Origin: Bdellovibrionales bacterium
Lineage (GTDB): Bacteria > Bdellovibrionota > Bdellovibrionia > Bdellovibrionales > CAYMLA01
Reading direction: 5' to 3'
Assembly: GCA_965217115.1 (NCBI GenBank)
Contig: OZ244239.1
Coordinates: 320,001-384,000, forward strand
DNA: 64,000 nucleotides
Made by a program: the position numbers and the translations under genes. Below the pieces are notes generated by a model. That model ran no database searches. It worked only from the letters and a program-made list of their open reading frames with translations, and was not told the origin of the DNA. Positions 10,086 to 20,225 of this stretch are shown one piece after another; positions within the stretch are counted from its first letter, which is position 1, and every line of letters begins with the position of its first letter.

Positions 10086-11087
10086 TCATGAAAAATCACG
10101 ACTGTCAATCACTGAGAACTTTCCATTAAAAGAAGCGCTTAAAGAATCCAATATCTCTGCCTGATCCTCTCTAAACAATAAGTGTACATTCGCTCCAGCA
10201 TCCATAGTTACAATGGGACCATCAGAAAATTGATTCCACTGCTCACGCACGGTCTCTAAAACTTCCAAAGACCCGGAAGACATATAACCAAATGGCGGAC
10301 AACTCGTCTCAAACAGAGAATGCATGTCCCAAAACTCTGACCATGTGACTTCATAAGCCCTACGCCAGTCTTTCTTAATAAGGGCCTCTTTTAATTCCCT
10401 TAGTCTGTCTTCAGCACGAGTCACTCGACCTGAAAACAAAGCACTTTCCAAAATTTTTACATGGGCTGCAGAAGATGACACCTCTTTCTTCTCTTTACTC
10501 ACCACCACGCATAAGTGCAGTAGATGATTGTAAGGTATTTTGCTAATCTCTTTAACTCCCTCTTGACCCCACTCTACCCAAGAATTTATATTCCTCGATT
10601 CCATAAAAGAACGGCACGACGATCCCGACCCCCTACGACTCAATTCTATCATTTCAAGAAGAGACAACTCCTTTCCCGTCTCTTCACCCAGAGCCTGACA
10701 AGCGGCCAAAGTTAAAGCGGCAAAACTCGATGCAGAACTTGCCAGCCCACAGTCAGATGGGAATCCATTGGTAGAACGAACGTTAAAGTTTCCCACATAG
10801 GAAAACTCCTTTTTTATCGCACTCAAATGATTCAAATATCTTTTCTGTCCCTCTTCTGAAAGCTCGACTTGAAAACCTCCCTTGCTAAAGGTCTTTGTCA
10901 AAGGCTTCCAACTGTCACAAGTGTCATCTGTTTTTTCAATCTCAACATAGGATCGTAAATGCCCAAGAGTGTACGATAGTGAAGAGTTTGTAGGCTTGTT
11001 TACACTCGTATCCGATTTACCCATGTACTTAATCAATGCAATATTAGAGGGGGCTGAGGCTTTCCATGTTTTCATCTCACACACCAC
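10086..11087 (-). CDS. mvaD: Diphosphomevalonate decarboxylase
   Basis: APSNIALIKYMGK, GLASSASSFAAL, RRGSGSSCRS and TMDAGANVH motifs. Confidence 0.95.
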   Translation of the reverse strand: MVCEMKTWKASAPSNIALIKYMGKSDTSVNKPTNSSLSYTLGHLRSYVEIEKTDDTCDSWKPLTKTFSKGGFQVELSEEGQKRYLNHLSAIKKEFSYVGNFNVRSTNGFPSDCGLASSASSFAALTLAACQALGEETGKELSLLEMIELSRRGSGSSCRSFMESRNINSWVEWGQEGVKEISKIPYNHLLHLCVVVSKEKKEVSSSAAHVKILESALFSGRVTRAEDRLRELKEALIKKDWRRAYEVTWSEFWDMHSLFETSCPPFGYMSSGSLEVLETVREQWNQFSDGPIVTMDAGANVHLLFREDQAEILDSLSASFNGKFSVIDSRDFS

Positions 11088-12042
11088 CCATGGCTACGAT
11101 AGGTAGGTCCTTACTAGAAAATAATTCGAGCAACGACTCTTTATAGTCATTCGCAAAAAAAACAAGTATCGTATCGGCCCCCATCGCTCCGCAACCTTTG
11201 GCCGCAAGAACTCCTCTCTCATTTTTAATAAAAGACAGCAACTCCTTCGTGTATGCTGCCACCCAATTTCTCTCAGAGAGAAGATCGCCATATTTTTTAA
11301 TACTCCCCAGAAATAAATCATCTAACCCTTCACGTAAAGACTTCTGTAACTCTAAAACCACCTCAGTAAAGTCATTTACATCACCCAACAATAATGAATT
11401 CAAATGCTCATGGGTGGATAACTTCTTCCCCGTACGCAAAATCAAATAACCCATATTAGAAAAGGGCCACGACAACTGAGAGTAGGGTGAATCTCCCTGA
11501 CAAGAATCAAAAAAAATAGCACTCTTATCCCCATGATCACCGTTATCAGTATTGCCTTCATCAATATACGTTCCAAAAAGCTGCGCTATCAAGTCAACAC
11601 CACTAGGTGGAATCCCGACCCCACTCCAAGCCATTGAACGATAAGCATCAAGTAACGAACCTGTTTCTAAGGACGAAATATCTGATAATTCCTCTAATGA
11701 TGGAGAATCTGCCGACAAAAGATACACCAACAGGAATTGTGCCGTTGAAGCTCCAAACCCACCTTGCCCTTTATGGGGGTCATAAAAGAAACAACTCTTC
11801 TGTGAAAACACTTCTGAATACAAATCCATCCACTTCCCCGCTGGACTTTTACAGTGTAACGCCTCACTAAGAAATTCCCCAATAAATTCACCACTCGATG
11901 CAGACCCATGGGCTTCATCTTGTTTAGATAAAAAACCACATTGAAAATAAGGTGCAGCCGTCAATAACACCGACGGACCACCCATCAACGTTGCATACTC
12001 ACCACATAAAAATGTCTTACTTGGAACTTTGCAGGTTTTCAT
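11077..12042 (-). CDS. Probable phosphomevalonate kinase (divergent GHMP kinase)
   Basis: PSKTFLCGEY, GFGAS, SGVD and KGCGAMGAD GHMP motifs; second GHMP kinase in the mevalonate cluster. Confidence 0.75.
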   Translation of the reverse strand: MKTCKVPSKTFLCGEYATLMGGPSVLLTAAPYFQCGFLSKQDEAHGSASSGEFIGEFLSEALHCKSPAGKWMDLYSEVFSQKSCFFYDPHKGQGGFGASTAQFLLVYLLSADSPSLEELSDISSLETGSLLDAYRSMAWSGVGIPPSGVDLIAQLFGTYIDEGNTDNGDHGDKSAIFFDSCQGDSPYSQLSWPFSNMGYLILRTGKKLSTHEHLNSLLLGDVNDFTEVVLELQKSLREGLDDLFLGSIKKYGDLLSERNWVAAYTKELLSFIKNERGVLAAKGCGAMGADTILVFFANDYKESLLELFSSKDLPIVAMGGV

Positions 12043-13348
12043 ATCTCAGCTTACGAACCTCTTGTAAAACTTCAATGGCTTGACTCAAAGAGATTCTCTT
12101 CGTCGTCATTAACATTTTCTCTAACTGTTTACGCATTAAAGGGATTTCCTCTTCTCTAGCTCCCGCTCCTAAAGCTAAATTATTAATGTGTAGCTTCATA
12201 TGACCACGAACAATACCCTCATCGGTCAAAGCCTTCAACGCACCGAGATTCTGCACCAACCCCACTGCCGCAATCACAGATGACAACTCACCAGCCGACC
12301 CAACATTGAGCATATTCAAACACATCTTGGCCGTTGGATGTAAACTCGTCACCCCACCCACTGTTCCCACGATAATCGGGGCGCGCAGAGTTCCCACTAA
12401 GTTTTTTCCCTCTACCTTCCATTGAGTTAAAGAACGATAACGACCGCCACGAACACAATAGGCGTGCATTCCCGCCCCCACAGCACGCCAATCATTCCCT
12501 GTAGCAATTAAAATAGGGTCAACTCCATTAAGAACCCCTTTATTATTGGTCGCTGCACGATAGGGGTCTTGCTCGGCAAACAATGAAGCTTCTTCAATCT
12601 TGTGAGCCATCTCTAAATCAACATTCTCAATAGTAGCTCGAACTTCCGTCAATTTAGAATCAACGAGATTCGATAAAATACACATCGTCACCTTGTCGCC
12701 CGTTAACTTTTCAATATAGGGTTTTAAAAATTCACAGACCTGATTAATAATATTTGCACCCATCGCATTACAGGAGTTCAAATAAATATGAACCACTGCC
12801 ATATCACCGCCACTGCCGTCATCTTTTCTCGGTACACGACGAACCGTGATATCTCCCACGCCGCCACCACGCTTAACCATATTTACGACAGCTTTCTCGT
12901 TACACATTTCTATAAGACGTGACTTATGATCTTCTATCATCTGTGCAAATTTTCCATAATCTGTAACATGGGCCACCTGCACCTGCCCGATGATCTCATC
13001 ACCAATCATGCGACTCTCTATACGACCATTTTGCCTAATCCACTTAGCATTCTTACAACAGGCGGCCACGATGGATGTCTCTTCCACCGCCATAGGTACA
13101 ACGTAATCCTTGCCATCCACATTTAAATTAGTAATCACCCCCAGGGGTAACTGAAAATAACCAATCACATTCTCAATGAATTTCTCACCAAGAGTTGGGT
13201 CCTTGATTCCACCCTGATTTAAATACTCAATATCAACAGGATCTAAAGCGCCAAATTCAATCAAACGCCCAAAACGCTCTTCACGTGAGAGTTTTGAAAA
13301 GCCAGAAAACAGTGCGGAGACTGTGTCTTTTACGTCTTTCTTGTCCAT
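12017..13348 (-). CDS. mvaA: HMG-CoA reductase, class II
   Basis: ENVIG, PMAVEETSIVAA, AMGAN, RAATNNKG, GNDWRA and GHMKLH motifs. Confidence 0.95.
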   Translation of the reverse strand: MDKKDVKDTVSALFSGFSKLSREERFGRLIEFGALDPVDIEYLNQGGIKDPTLGEKFIENVIGYFQLPLGVITNLNVDGKDYVVPMAVEETSIVAACCKNAKWIRQNGRIESRMIGDEIIGQVQVAHVTDYGKFAQMIEDHKSRLIEMCNEKAVVNMVKRGGGVGDITVRRVPRKDDGSGGDMAVVHIYLNSCNAMGANIINQVCEFLKPYIEKLTGDKVTMCILSNLVDSKLTEVRATIENVDLEMAHKIEEASLFAEQDPYRAATNNKGVLNGVDPILIATGNDWRAVGAGMHAYCVRGGRYRSLTQWKVEGKNLVGTLRAPIIVGTVGGVTSLHPTAKMCLNMLNVGSAGELSSVIAAVGLVQNLGALKALTDEGIVRGHMKLHINNLALGAGAREEEIPLMRKQLEKMLMTTKRISLSQAIEVLQEVRKLRYENLQSSK

Positions 13349-14382
13349 ACCTGTCTCTGTCGTAATTCCTCTAGATTTTCACAGCCCGTGCAAAACATCG
13401 CTGTCCTTAACTCAAACTCCAACTGCTCCATCTCTTGCAACAGTGATTCATAACCCTCAATGGCCGCCTTCATCATCGGCATCGCAACACCAACCATTCC
13501 AGCACCCATAGCCAATAACTTAGCACCATCGACTCCTGAACGAACTCCCCCAGAAGCCCAGACATGGTAATCTTTTTTTATCTCAAGAGCACTCAACATC
13601 GAATTCACTGTACTAATGCCCCAATCCTGAAAAGACGTGAACGCCTTAGCCCGCGTGTCGTTTTCACCAGCCCTTAAACTTTCAACCCTTCCCCAATGGG
13701 TCCCACCAAGACCACTCACATCCACAGCAAAAACACCCAAACCAATGAGCTTCTGTAATGTTCTCTGTGATAATCCCGTTCCTGTTTCCTTCACAATGAC
13801 TGGAACCGATAGCCCTTGGCAGAGGCGAGAGATCGCCTCCGTTCCACCACGGAAATCAGTCGTTCCCTCTGGTTGAAAACACTCCTGCAAAGGGTTCAAG
13901 TGAACCACCATCGCCCCAGCACCGAGACTCTTCACTAATTTTTCTACACTGCTCACGGGAGTTTTAATCAACTGCGCCACACCAATATTGCCAAGAAATA
14001 AGACATCAGGCGCAAGCTCTCTGACCCTCTTCCACTCATCTCCTGCATCAGAATCTAATAACTCCTTGCGCTGGGAACCCACACCCATCACCCAATTTTT
14101 TTTCTGAGCCCCACGGGCCAATGTCTGATTAATAGATAACGAATCCCCATGACCAGCCGTCATACAGCTAATAAAGAATGGACTGTTTATTTTTTTAGAA
14201 AACAACGAACACTCAATAGAGACATCGGAACAATTAATATCAGGTAAAGCCTCATGGATAAGATCAATATCCTCAAATCCCGACAGTCCAAAGGCTTGAG
14301 TTCTCCCATCCAAAGCTAAACGAATATGATCTCGTTTACGCTCTTCAAAAATTTTATTTTTCTCAATATCTGTAAGAGCCAT
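13330..14382 (-). CDS. fni: Type 2 isopentenyl-diphosphate isomerase
   Basis: RKRDHI, MTAG, GVGSQR, HLNPLQE..QPEG, VKETG, GGTHW and SGGVR motifs. Confidence 0.95.
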   Translation of the reverse strand: MALTDIEKNKIFEERKRDHIRLALDGRTQAFGLSGFEDIDLIHEALPDINCSDVSIECSLFSKKINSPFFISCMTAGHGDSLSINQTLARGAQKKNWVMGVGSQRKELLDSDAGDEWKRVRELAPDVLFLGNIGVAQLIKTPVSSVEKLVKSLGAGAMVVHLNPLQECFQPEGTTDFRGGTEAISRLCQGLSVPVIVKETGTGLSQRTLQKLIGLGVFAVDVSGLGGTHWGRVESLRAGENDTRAKAFTSFQDWGISTVNSMLSALEIKKDYHVWASGGVRSGVDGAKLLAMGAGMVGVAMPMMKAAIEGYESLLQEMEQLEFELRTAMFCTGCENLEELRQRQVWTRKT

Positions 14383-14450
14383 GATATCACAGTACCAAAG
14401 TTTGGCGGTAAAGACAGTCTCGAAAGTAACAAAAGTCTCTGCAAATCAGT

Positions 14451-14478
14451 TAATAGGTAAATAAATATTTACCTATTA
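14451..14478 (-). terminator. AT-rich perfect hairpin immediately after the rplT stop; possible terminator
   Basis: TAATAGGTAAAT-AAAT-ATTTACCTATTA, a 12-bp perfect stem; no clear U-tract. Confidence 0.45.
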
Positions 14479-14826
14479 CTAAGTACTCACTTCTTTTACA
14501 ATAGCGGTGAATCCAGCTACATCAAAAACAGCCATATCAGCTAGGATTTTACGATCTAATTCTATCCCTGACTTCTTCAATGCACCAATAAGACGGGAGT
14601 ACGTTGTGCCATTCATACGGGCTGCCGCATTTATTCTCTGTGTCCAAAGACGACGAAAGCTCCGCTTTTTAACACGACGGTCGCGGTAGGCAAATGCCAG
14701 TGCACGATCATTTCTCTCAATAGCAACAGTGAATGTGCGACTTCCTGCCGAGTAATAACCCTTCGCACGTTTTAAAACTTTATTTCTTCTTCTTCGAGCT
14801 TTAAAGCCTCTCTTGACTCTAGGCAT
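14479..14826 (-). CDS. rplT: 50S ribosomal protein L20
   Basis: MPRVKRG...AYRDRR.KKR.FR.LW..RINAA...LDRKILAD. Confidence 0.99.
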   Translation of the reverse strand: MPRVKRGFKARRRRNKVLKRAKGYYSAGSRTFTVAIERNDRALAFAYRDRRVKKRSFRRLWTQRINAAARMNGTTYSRLIGALKKSGIELDRKILADMAVFDVAGFTAIVKEVST

Positions 14827-14891
14827 GATATTCCTCCAGTGGTCTCTTTACTGTATTTTAATGATTTTTACGGTTTTCTTAAAGTGATAGA

Positions 14892-15083
14892 TTAAAAAAC
14901 AAGGAGTCGACGGGCTTCACCCATGTTTGTCCCATGGACATAGGATGTATCATCCAAATGTCGCTTAGTCTTGGAACTCATATGGGAGAGCAAATGTCTC
15001 ATACGAGTTTGCCCTCTTTTAACCTTACCGTTACCGACTTGGCGGAGACGCTTCTTAGCGCCACTGTGGGTTTTAGTTTTCAT
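14892..15083 (-). CDS. rpmI: 50S ribosomal protein L35
   Basis: KTKTHSGAKKR...GKVKR...HLL; lies between infC and rplT. Confidence 0.95.
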   Translation of the reverse strand: MKTKTHSGAKKRLRQVGNGKVKRGQTRMRHLLSHMSSKTKRHLDDTSYVHGTNMGEARRLLVF

Positions 15084-15275
15084 CTTTTCATCCTTTCACT
15101 AAAGGGGCGGTAAATATATATGATTTACTCTTGTTCTAGCCCATTCTAGCCATTTAACATAGACGGACAAATTTACCCTATCCCGCTATGCATCGCAAGT
15201 TTAAAGTGGTCTAAAGAAGACATCTTATCATTTAGCTCTCTATTATAATTATATGACCCCTTGGGATATCAACAT

Positions 15276-15899
15276 CTAAATACTGCTGACATTCTCTTCC
15301 TTGTTTTGCTTATCTTCCTTTGCCAGTTTATCTTCGTAGGCCTTAACTTTAACCGCATCAGGAGCCATCAAAGTAAACATCTGACGACCTTCCATCTTTG
15401 GAGGAGCCTCAGAAACAGCCACTTCCCCTAAAATCTCCACCACTCGCTTCAATAAATTTAAACCCACTTCTTGGTGGGCCATCTCCCGTCCTAAGAAACG
15501 CAAATTGACCTTCACCTTATCTCCACTCAATAAAAACTTCCGGGCATTGCGCATCTTCACCATCAAATCATGCTCATCTGTACGGGGGCGTAATTGAATT
15601 TCTTTTGTATTAATAACCGTTTGCCTCTTACGGGACTCATTGGCTTTCTTCTTGGCCTCGTATTTCCACTTCCCATAATCCATAATCTTACACGTGGGAG
15701 GTGTCGCATTGGGGGCAATCTCAATTAAGTCCATGCCAATATCCTCAGCCATTTGCAGAGCATTAGGCACCGACATCACTCCAGACACCTCACCACCAGC
15801 CCCAATCACACGCACCTCAGAAGCACGAATGTTTCCATTAATGCGGTAACGCTCTTTCTCTCTTAAATCCTTACCTCTCTTACCCTTAAAACTCTTGAT
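15276..15899 (-). CDS. infC: Translation initiation factor IF-3 (non-AUG start, ATC)
   Basis: IF-3 motifs PPTCKIMDYGK, KEIQLRP and GREMAH. The frame is open 28 codons upstream of the track's start (includes RINGNIR) to an ATC 6 nt after AAGGAGG. Confidence 0.92.
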   Translation of the reverse strand: MKSFKGKRGKDLREKERYRINGNIRASEVRVIGAGGEVSGVMSVPNALQMAEDIGMDLIEIAPNATPPTCKIMDYGKWKYEAKKKANESRKRQTVINTKEIQLRPRTDEHDLMVKMRNARKFLLSGDKVKVNLRFLGREMAHQEVGLNLLKRVVEILGEVAVSEAPPKMEGRQMFTLMAPDAVKVKAYEDKLAKEDKQNKEENVSSI

Positions 15900-15921
15900 G
15901 ATAGGCCTCCTTTGGCATCAA

Positions 15922-17853
15922 TTAAAAAGAACTCTTTATATGTCTGTTTCTAATCTCAGCCAATAAAGGTTCTATAAATTCAATCTCGTTTAATCCCTGG
16001 AGAGTTTCCCCGTTGGGCAGGCGCAAAGAAATCTTCCTCTCCTCCGCTTCCCGATCTCCAATAATCAGCATATAAGGTACCTTATGTAACTGAGCCTCAC
16101 GGATTTTTCTATTTAATTTTTCATTGCGTTGGTCAAAAACAGCTCTGACTCCCTGAGAACGTAAACTATGCAAAAGCTCTGTGCAATAATCATTCACCCG
16201 ATCAGTCACATTTAAGATAATCACCTGCTCTGGAGACAGCCAAGTGGGCAAACGCCCCCCCGTATGCTCCAAATACACACCAATAAATCTCTCCAAAGAA
16301 CCCAAAATCGCCCGATGAAGCATCACTGGACGATGTTCATGGTTATCCTCACCCACATAAGACAATTCAAAAGATTCTGGCATATTAAAATCACACTGCA
16401 AAGTCCCCAATTGCCAGGGCCTTTTCAAGGCGTCCACAAACATAATATCCAGCTTAGGGCCGTAAAAAGCTCCCTCACCGGGGGTCACCTCATAGGGCAA
16501 TTTCAGACGCTTCAATCCTTTTTCTAATGACCCTTCAGCTTTATCCCAAACATCATCAGTGCCCATGCGCTTTTCAGGCCGAGTAGACAAATAGACTTTG
16601 TACTCTGACATACCCAATGCCTCATAGGTCTCTGTCAGCATTTTCATAAAACCTTCAATTTCATCCTGCATCTGATCAAGGGTGCAAAAAATATGGGCGT
16701 CGTCCTGACAAAACGTCCTCACTCGCGTCAAACCATGGACAACTCCACTTCTCTCATAACGATGTAAACGACCAAAATCCGCAATTCGCCAAGGCAATTC
16801 ACGGTAGGATTTTTTCTCTGCTCCATAGAGTACACAATGTCCTGGACAGTTCATCGGTTTCACAGAAAAATCTCTCTCATCAATTTTTGTGAAATACATG
16901 TTATGGGAATAATTTTCGTAATGCCCCGAACGCTTATAAATATCCACATCAAAAATCTGAGGAGTGATCACCTCCTGATAATTATACTTTGCATGAAGCT
17001 CTCTCATCAAATCCTGTAAACTTCGATATATCGTCGTGCCCTTCGGAGTAAAAAATGGCGCCGCTGGAGAGTACCTATGGAAGTGGAACAACCCCAATTC
17101 CTTTCCCAGTTTTCTATGATCTCTCTTCTTCGCCTCTTCCAAACGATAGAGATAATCCTGCATATCTTTTTTATCCACAAATGCCGTTGCATAAATACGC
17201 TGCAACCGTTCACGACTCTCATCACCTCGCCAATAGACCCCTGCTATAGACAGCACTTTGAACGCCTTGATTTGACTTGTCCTCTGCACATGGGGTCCTC
17301 GACATAAATCAAGCCATTCACCCTGCCTATAGACAGTGACTTCCTCAGTTGCCAGATCTTCAATGATTTCTTTTTTAAAAGACTCTCCGATTTTTAAAAA
17401 ATATTCGACCGCTTTTTTAGATTCCCAAGTCTCTTTCACCAAATTATCATTGCGCTTAATGATCTCAGACATTTTTTTCTCAATGCGCAAAAGACAATCT
17501 TCAGTGAAAGGATTTTCTGTTTCAAAATCGTAATAGAAACCTTCGTTAATCACAGGGCCAATAGTGATCTTCACCCCAGGCCATAACTCTTTCACTGCTT
17601 GCGCCATCACGTGGGCCGCTGAATGGCGAATCACCTCATTAGCTTCAAGATGATCTTTGATTGTTATAATTTCTAAACGTGTCCCATCTTCAAGAATTGT
17701 CCGTAAATCTATGACATCTTTGCCGCCATCAAGTCTAGCTCCAATGGTTTCCTTGGCAAGTCGGCTTCCTATACTCTCAGCAACTTCAAGAACTGTGGGT
17801 TTGTGCGGGAACTCTTTAACCGATTCATCCGGTAGAATAACTTTGACTGACAT
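15922..17853 (-). CDS. thrS: Threonine-tRNA ligase
   Basis: TGS domain, RHSAAH, DLCRGPH, RDHRKLG, KPMNCPGH and HRAILGSLERF motifs. Confidence 0.99.
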   Translation of the reverse strand: MSVKVILPDESVKEFPHKPTVLEVAESIGSRLAKETIGARLDGGKDVIDLRTILEDGTRLEIITIKDHLEANEVIRHSAAHVMAQAVKELWPGVKITIGPVINEGFYYDFETENPFTEDCLLRIEKKMSEIIKRNDNLVKETWESKKAVEYFLKIGESFKKEIIEDLATEEVTVYRQGEWLDLCRGPHVQRTSQIKAFKVLSIAGVYWRGDESRERLQRIYATAFVDKKDMQDYLYRLEEAKKRDHRKLGKELGLFHFHRYSPAAPFFTPKGTTIYRSLQDLMRELHAKYNYQEVITPQIFDVDIYKRSGHYENYSHNMYFTKIDERDFSVKPMNCPGHCVLYGAEKKSYRELPWRIADFGRLHRYERSGVVHGLTRVRTFCQDDAHIFCTLDQMQDEIEGFMKMLTETYEALGMSEYKVYLSTRPEKRMGTDDVWDKAEGSLEKGLKRLKLPYEVTPGEGAFYGPKLDIMFVDALKRPWQLGTLQCDFNMPESFELSYVGEDNHEHRPVMLHRAILGSLERFIGVYLEHTGGRLPTWLSPEQVIILNVTDRVNDYCTELLHSLRSQGVRAVFDQRNEKLNRKIREAQLHKVPYMLIIGDREAEERKISLRLPNGETLQGLNEIEFIEPLLAEIRNRHIKSSF

Positions 17854-18109
17854 AAACGTCCAACGACTCCCTAAAACAATAAACAGCTTACCTAAGCTCG
17901 TTATTTTACTCTCAAATCATACAAAATACCAATTTTTAAAAGGCTCTCATCGGTTTTTCGCTATGTGCGTCAAACTGCCTCCCCCATGTCTGATACTCAA
18001 ACTAACTGCCATTTCCTCCCGTCAGCTGTTAAGCATCGAATCTATTGCTTGCTTTCATTTATTTTTTTTTGATAGAGTTTTTTCTCATTTAAATAAGTGG
18101 GAGAAACCA

Positions 18110-18514
18110 ATGGAGCAAAAACATAGAAAAATCACTGTAGACGAGTACACCACCCCCTCAGCTGTTGCTATCTCTGAAGACACGTCCTTCGTTAAAATTA
18201 GAGAACTCATGTTTAAAAACAGTATTCGTCACATACTTGTTACTAAAGGAGACGAACCTATCGGTATCATCAGCGAACGTGATATTTTATTAGCCATAAA
18301 GATCGATCGCCTCCCCGATAAACTCACCAGCAAAGACGTTATGACTTTAGACCCCTACATCGTCTCTCCCAACACTTCTATTGATGAAGTTGCTCTTAAT
18401 ATGTCTAAAAATAAATTTGGCAGCGCTATTGTTCAATATGGCGATGGAGAATTTGGTATTTTCACATCCACCGATGCCCTCAATGCACTCATTGAAATTT
18501 CGCGAGGCCAATAA
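18110..18514 (+). CDS. Stand-alone CBS-pair protein
   Basis: Two CBS repeats (IRHILV..GIISERD; VMT..P; GIFTSTDAL). Start moved to ATG 18110 with GGGAG RBS, because the longer ORF overlaps thrS. Confidence 0.88.
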   Translation: MEQKHRKITVDEYTTPSAVAISEDTSFVKIRELMFKNSIRHILVTKGDEPIGIISERDILLAIKIDRLPDKLTSKDVMTLDPYIVSPNTSIDEVALNMSKNKFGSAIVQYGDGEFGIFTSTDALNALIEISRGQ

Positions 18515-18541
18515 CCCAAACCTCTCAAGGAAAACATAGGG

Positions 18542-18919
18542 CTAAAGTCGTTTTCTCAACACTTGCCACGCAAATAAAAACCAAGCACCTATGAAAGAAA
18601 CCCCACCAAGAGGGATGAGCGTGGCAAATATTTTAATTTGAGTCACAGCGTACAGATAACAATTTCCACTAAAAAATAAAATCCCAAAAACAAATAAAAT
18701 TTTAACCACAGAGAATCTTTTATTTAAATGTAACTCTAAACACCCCAAAAGCATCAAACCCAACCCATGATACATATGATACTCAACACCTACTTGAAAA
18801 ACTGACATCTTATTGATATCTAATTGCGCCTTTAGTAAATGCGCCCCGATAGCTCCAAGCCCTACGGCAACCCCCATAAAGACAGCTCCCATAGCCAAGG
18901 TGTTTTTTCCATATTCCAT
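18542..18919 (-). CDS. DUF423/YgdD-like small membrane protein
   Basis: V.LGAIGAH, YHMYH, GILFFSG..Y and P.GG motifs; four hydrophobic segments. Confidence 0.88.
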   Translation of the reverse strand: MEYGKNTLAMGAVFMGVAVGLGAIGAHLLKAQLDINKMSVFQVGVEYHMYHGLGLMLLGCLELHLNKRFSVVKILFVFGILFFSGNCYLYAVTQIKIFATLIPLGGVSFIGAWFLFAWQVLRKRL

Positions 18920-18999
18920 GACCACCCCTTCTCTGCAAACCTTCGTTGTACCCATTCAGGTATAGATTTTAAATCAGAGTCTCTTACCCAAATCAGATC

Positions 19000-20199
19000 T
19001 CAGTAGATAACTTGGTGATTACAAGATTCCTGCACACGCGGGTCTTTAAGAGGCACAAGATTGTTCTTGGCCAAAAACTGATGGAAGGTCATCAAGAACA
19101 ATCCGCCAAACCCCAGCAATATACCAATCTCCCAACCAGAAAACTGGGGAATATTTCCATTAAAATTTGGATACACCAACCAGTAAATATCTACATACTG
19201 AGTGATAATCACCAACACACTCACAGCAATCAGATGACCGTAACTCCTCTTAGCCGCTTTAGGCAATAACGCCACAAAGGGCACAATAAACTTAAACACC
19301 AACAAGAAAAGTGAAACCATCATCCAACCATTGTGCGCTCTCTCCAAATAAAACTCTGTCTCTTCAGGAATATTTGCATACCAAATCAACATAAATTGAG
19401 AGAAAGCAATATAAGCCCAAAAAACGGTAAAACCTTTCAAGTATTTTGCCAAATCATGAATATGCTCACCCGTCACTAAACCATTAAAAAGCCCCTTACG
19501 TATGGCCCAAATCAAAGTGATAATCATAAACGCCAATGCCGCCTGCAAAGACCCCACAAAACAATAGACACCATAAATCGTACTGTACCATGTCGGTTGA
19601 AGGCTCATCAGCATATCCACCGAAAATATCGAAAACGAAAGGGAGTAAAAAACAAGAAAGGCTATGGAAATCAAACCATTCCTGCGACTGTGTTTCCAAT
19701 CACCATCAGTGTCCTGCTTGATTGAGTTCCCCACTATGTATTTCCTAAAAACTAACCAGCCCAATACAAAAACAACTATACGAATGGCAAAGAAAGAAAA
19801 ATTCAAATACCCCGTTTTGGAGCGAATCAAAGCGCTGTTCGCCAAAACATCCCCATTCAACCAAGGGTAAATAAGCTCAACGCCCATAAAATAAACTAGG
19901 GACCCTACTAAAATCCAAGGGAAAAACCCTGTCATCGCCTCCATAAAACGACGAATATTCACACTCCAACCAGCATTGGTCACAAATTGTAATGCAATGA
20001 AAAAAAGCGTGGTCACAGATATCCCCGACACAAAAAAGAAACTTGTTAAATAGGAAGTCCACAACCTCTCAGGATTTCTCATCAAACCGGCAATGAAAGT
20101 CAATAATCCGATAAAAATACACACTGAGTATAAAGTTTTTGTACGAGTGGAAATTTCGTATTTTTCTGGATTGATCGAAAAAACCTTGTTGTGACTCAT
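19000..20199 (-). CDS. actF: Alternative complex III subunit F
   Basis: Polytopic membrane protein with MSLQPTWYST, HDLAK and FSQFMLIWYANIPEET; last gene of the act cluster. Confidence 0.9.
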   Translation of the reverse strand: MSHNKVFSINPEKYEISTRTKTLYSVCIFIGLLTFIAGLMRNPERLWTSYLTSFFFVSGISVTTLFFIALQFVTNAGWSVNIRRFMEAMTGFFPWILVGSLVYFMGVELIYPWLNGDVLANSALIRSKTGYLNFSFFAIRIVVFVLGWLVFRKYIVGNSIKQDTDGDWKHSRRNGLISIAFLVFYSLSFSIFSVDMLMSLQPTWYSTIYGVYCFVGSLQAALAFMIITLIWAIRKGLFNGLVTGEHIHDLAKYLKGFTVFWAYIAFSQFMLIWYANIPEETEFYLERAHNGWMMVSLFLLVFKFIVPFVALLPKAAKRSYGHLIAVSVLVIITQYVDIYWLVYPNFNGNIPQFSGWEIGILLGFGGLFLMTFHQFLAKNNLVPLKDPRVQESCNHQVIY

Positions 20200-20225
20200 A
20201 AACCCTACCTATTATTAATATTTAT

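Noticed and set aside
15084..15275. Possible L20 leader RNA between infC and rpmI
   Set aside because: The position is appropriate, but I could not identify the diagnostic structure by eye; it needs an Rfam search.
17657..18109. N-terminal 151 aa of the 285-aa CBS ORF
   Set aside because: It overlaps thrS on the opposite strand and its upstream region. CBS similarity and an RBS begin at ATG 18110.
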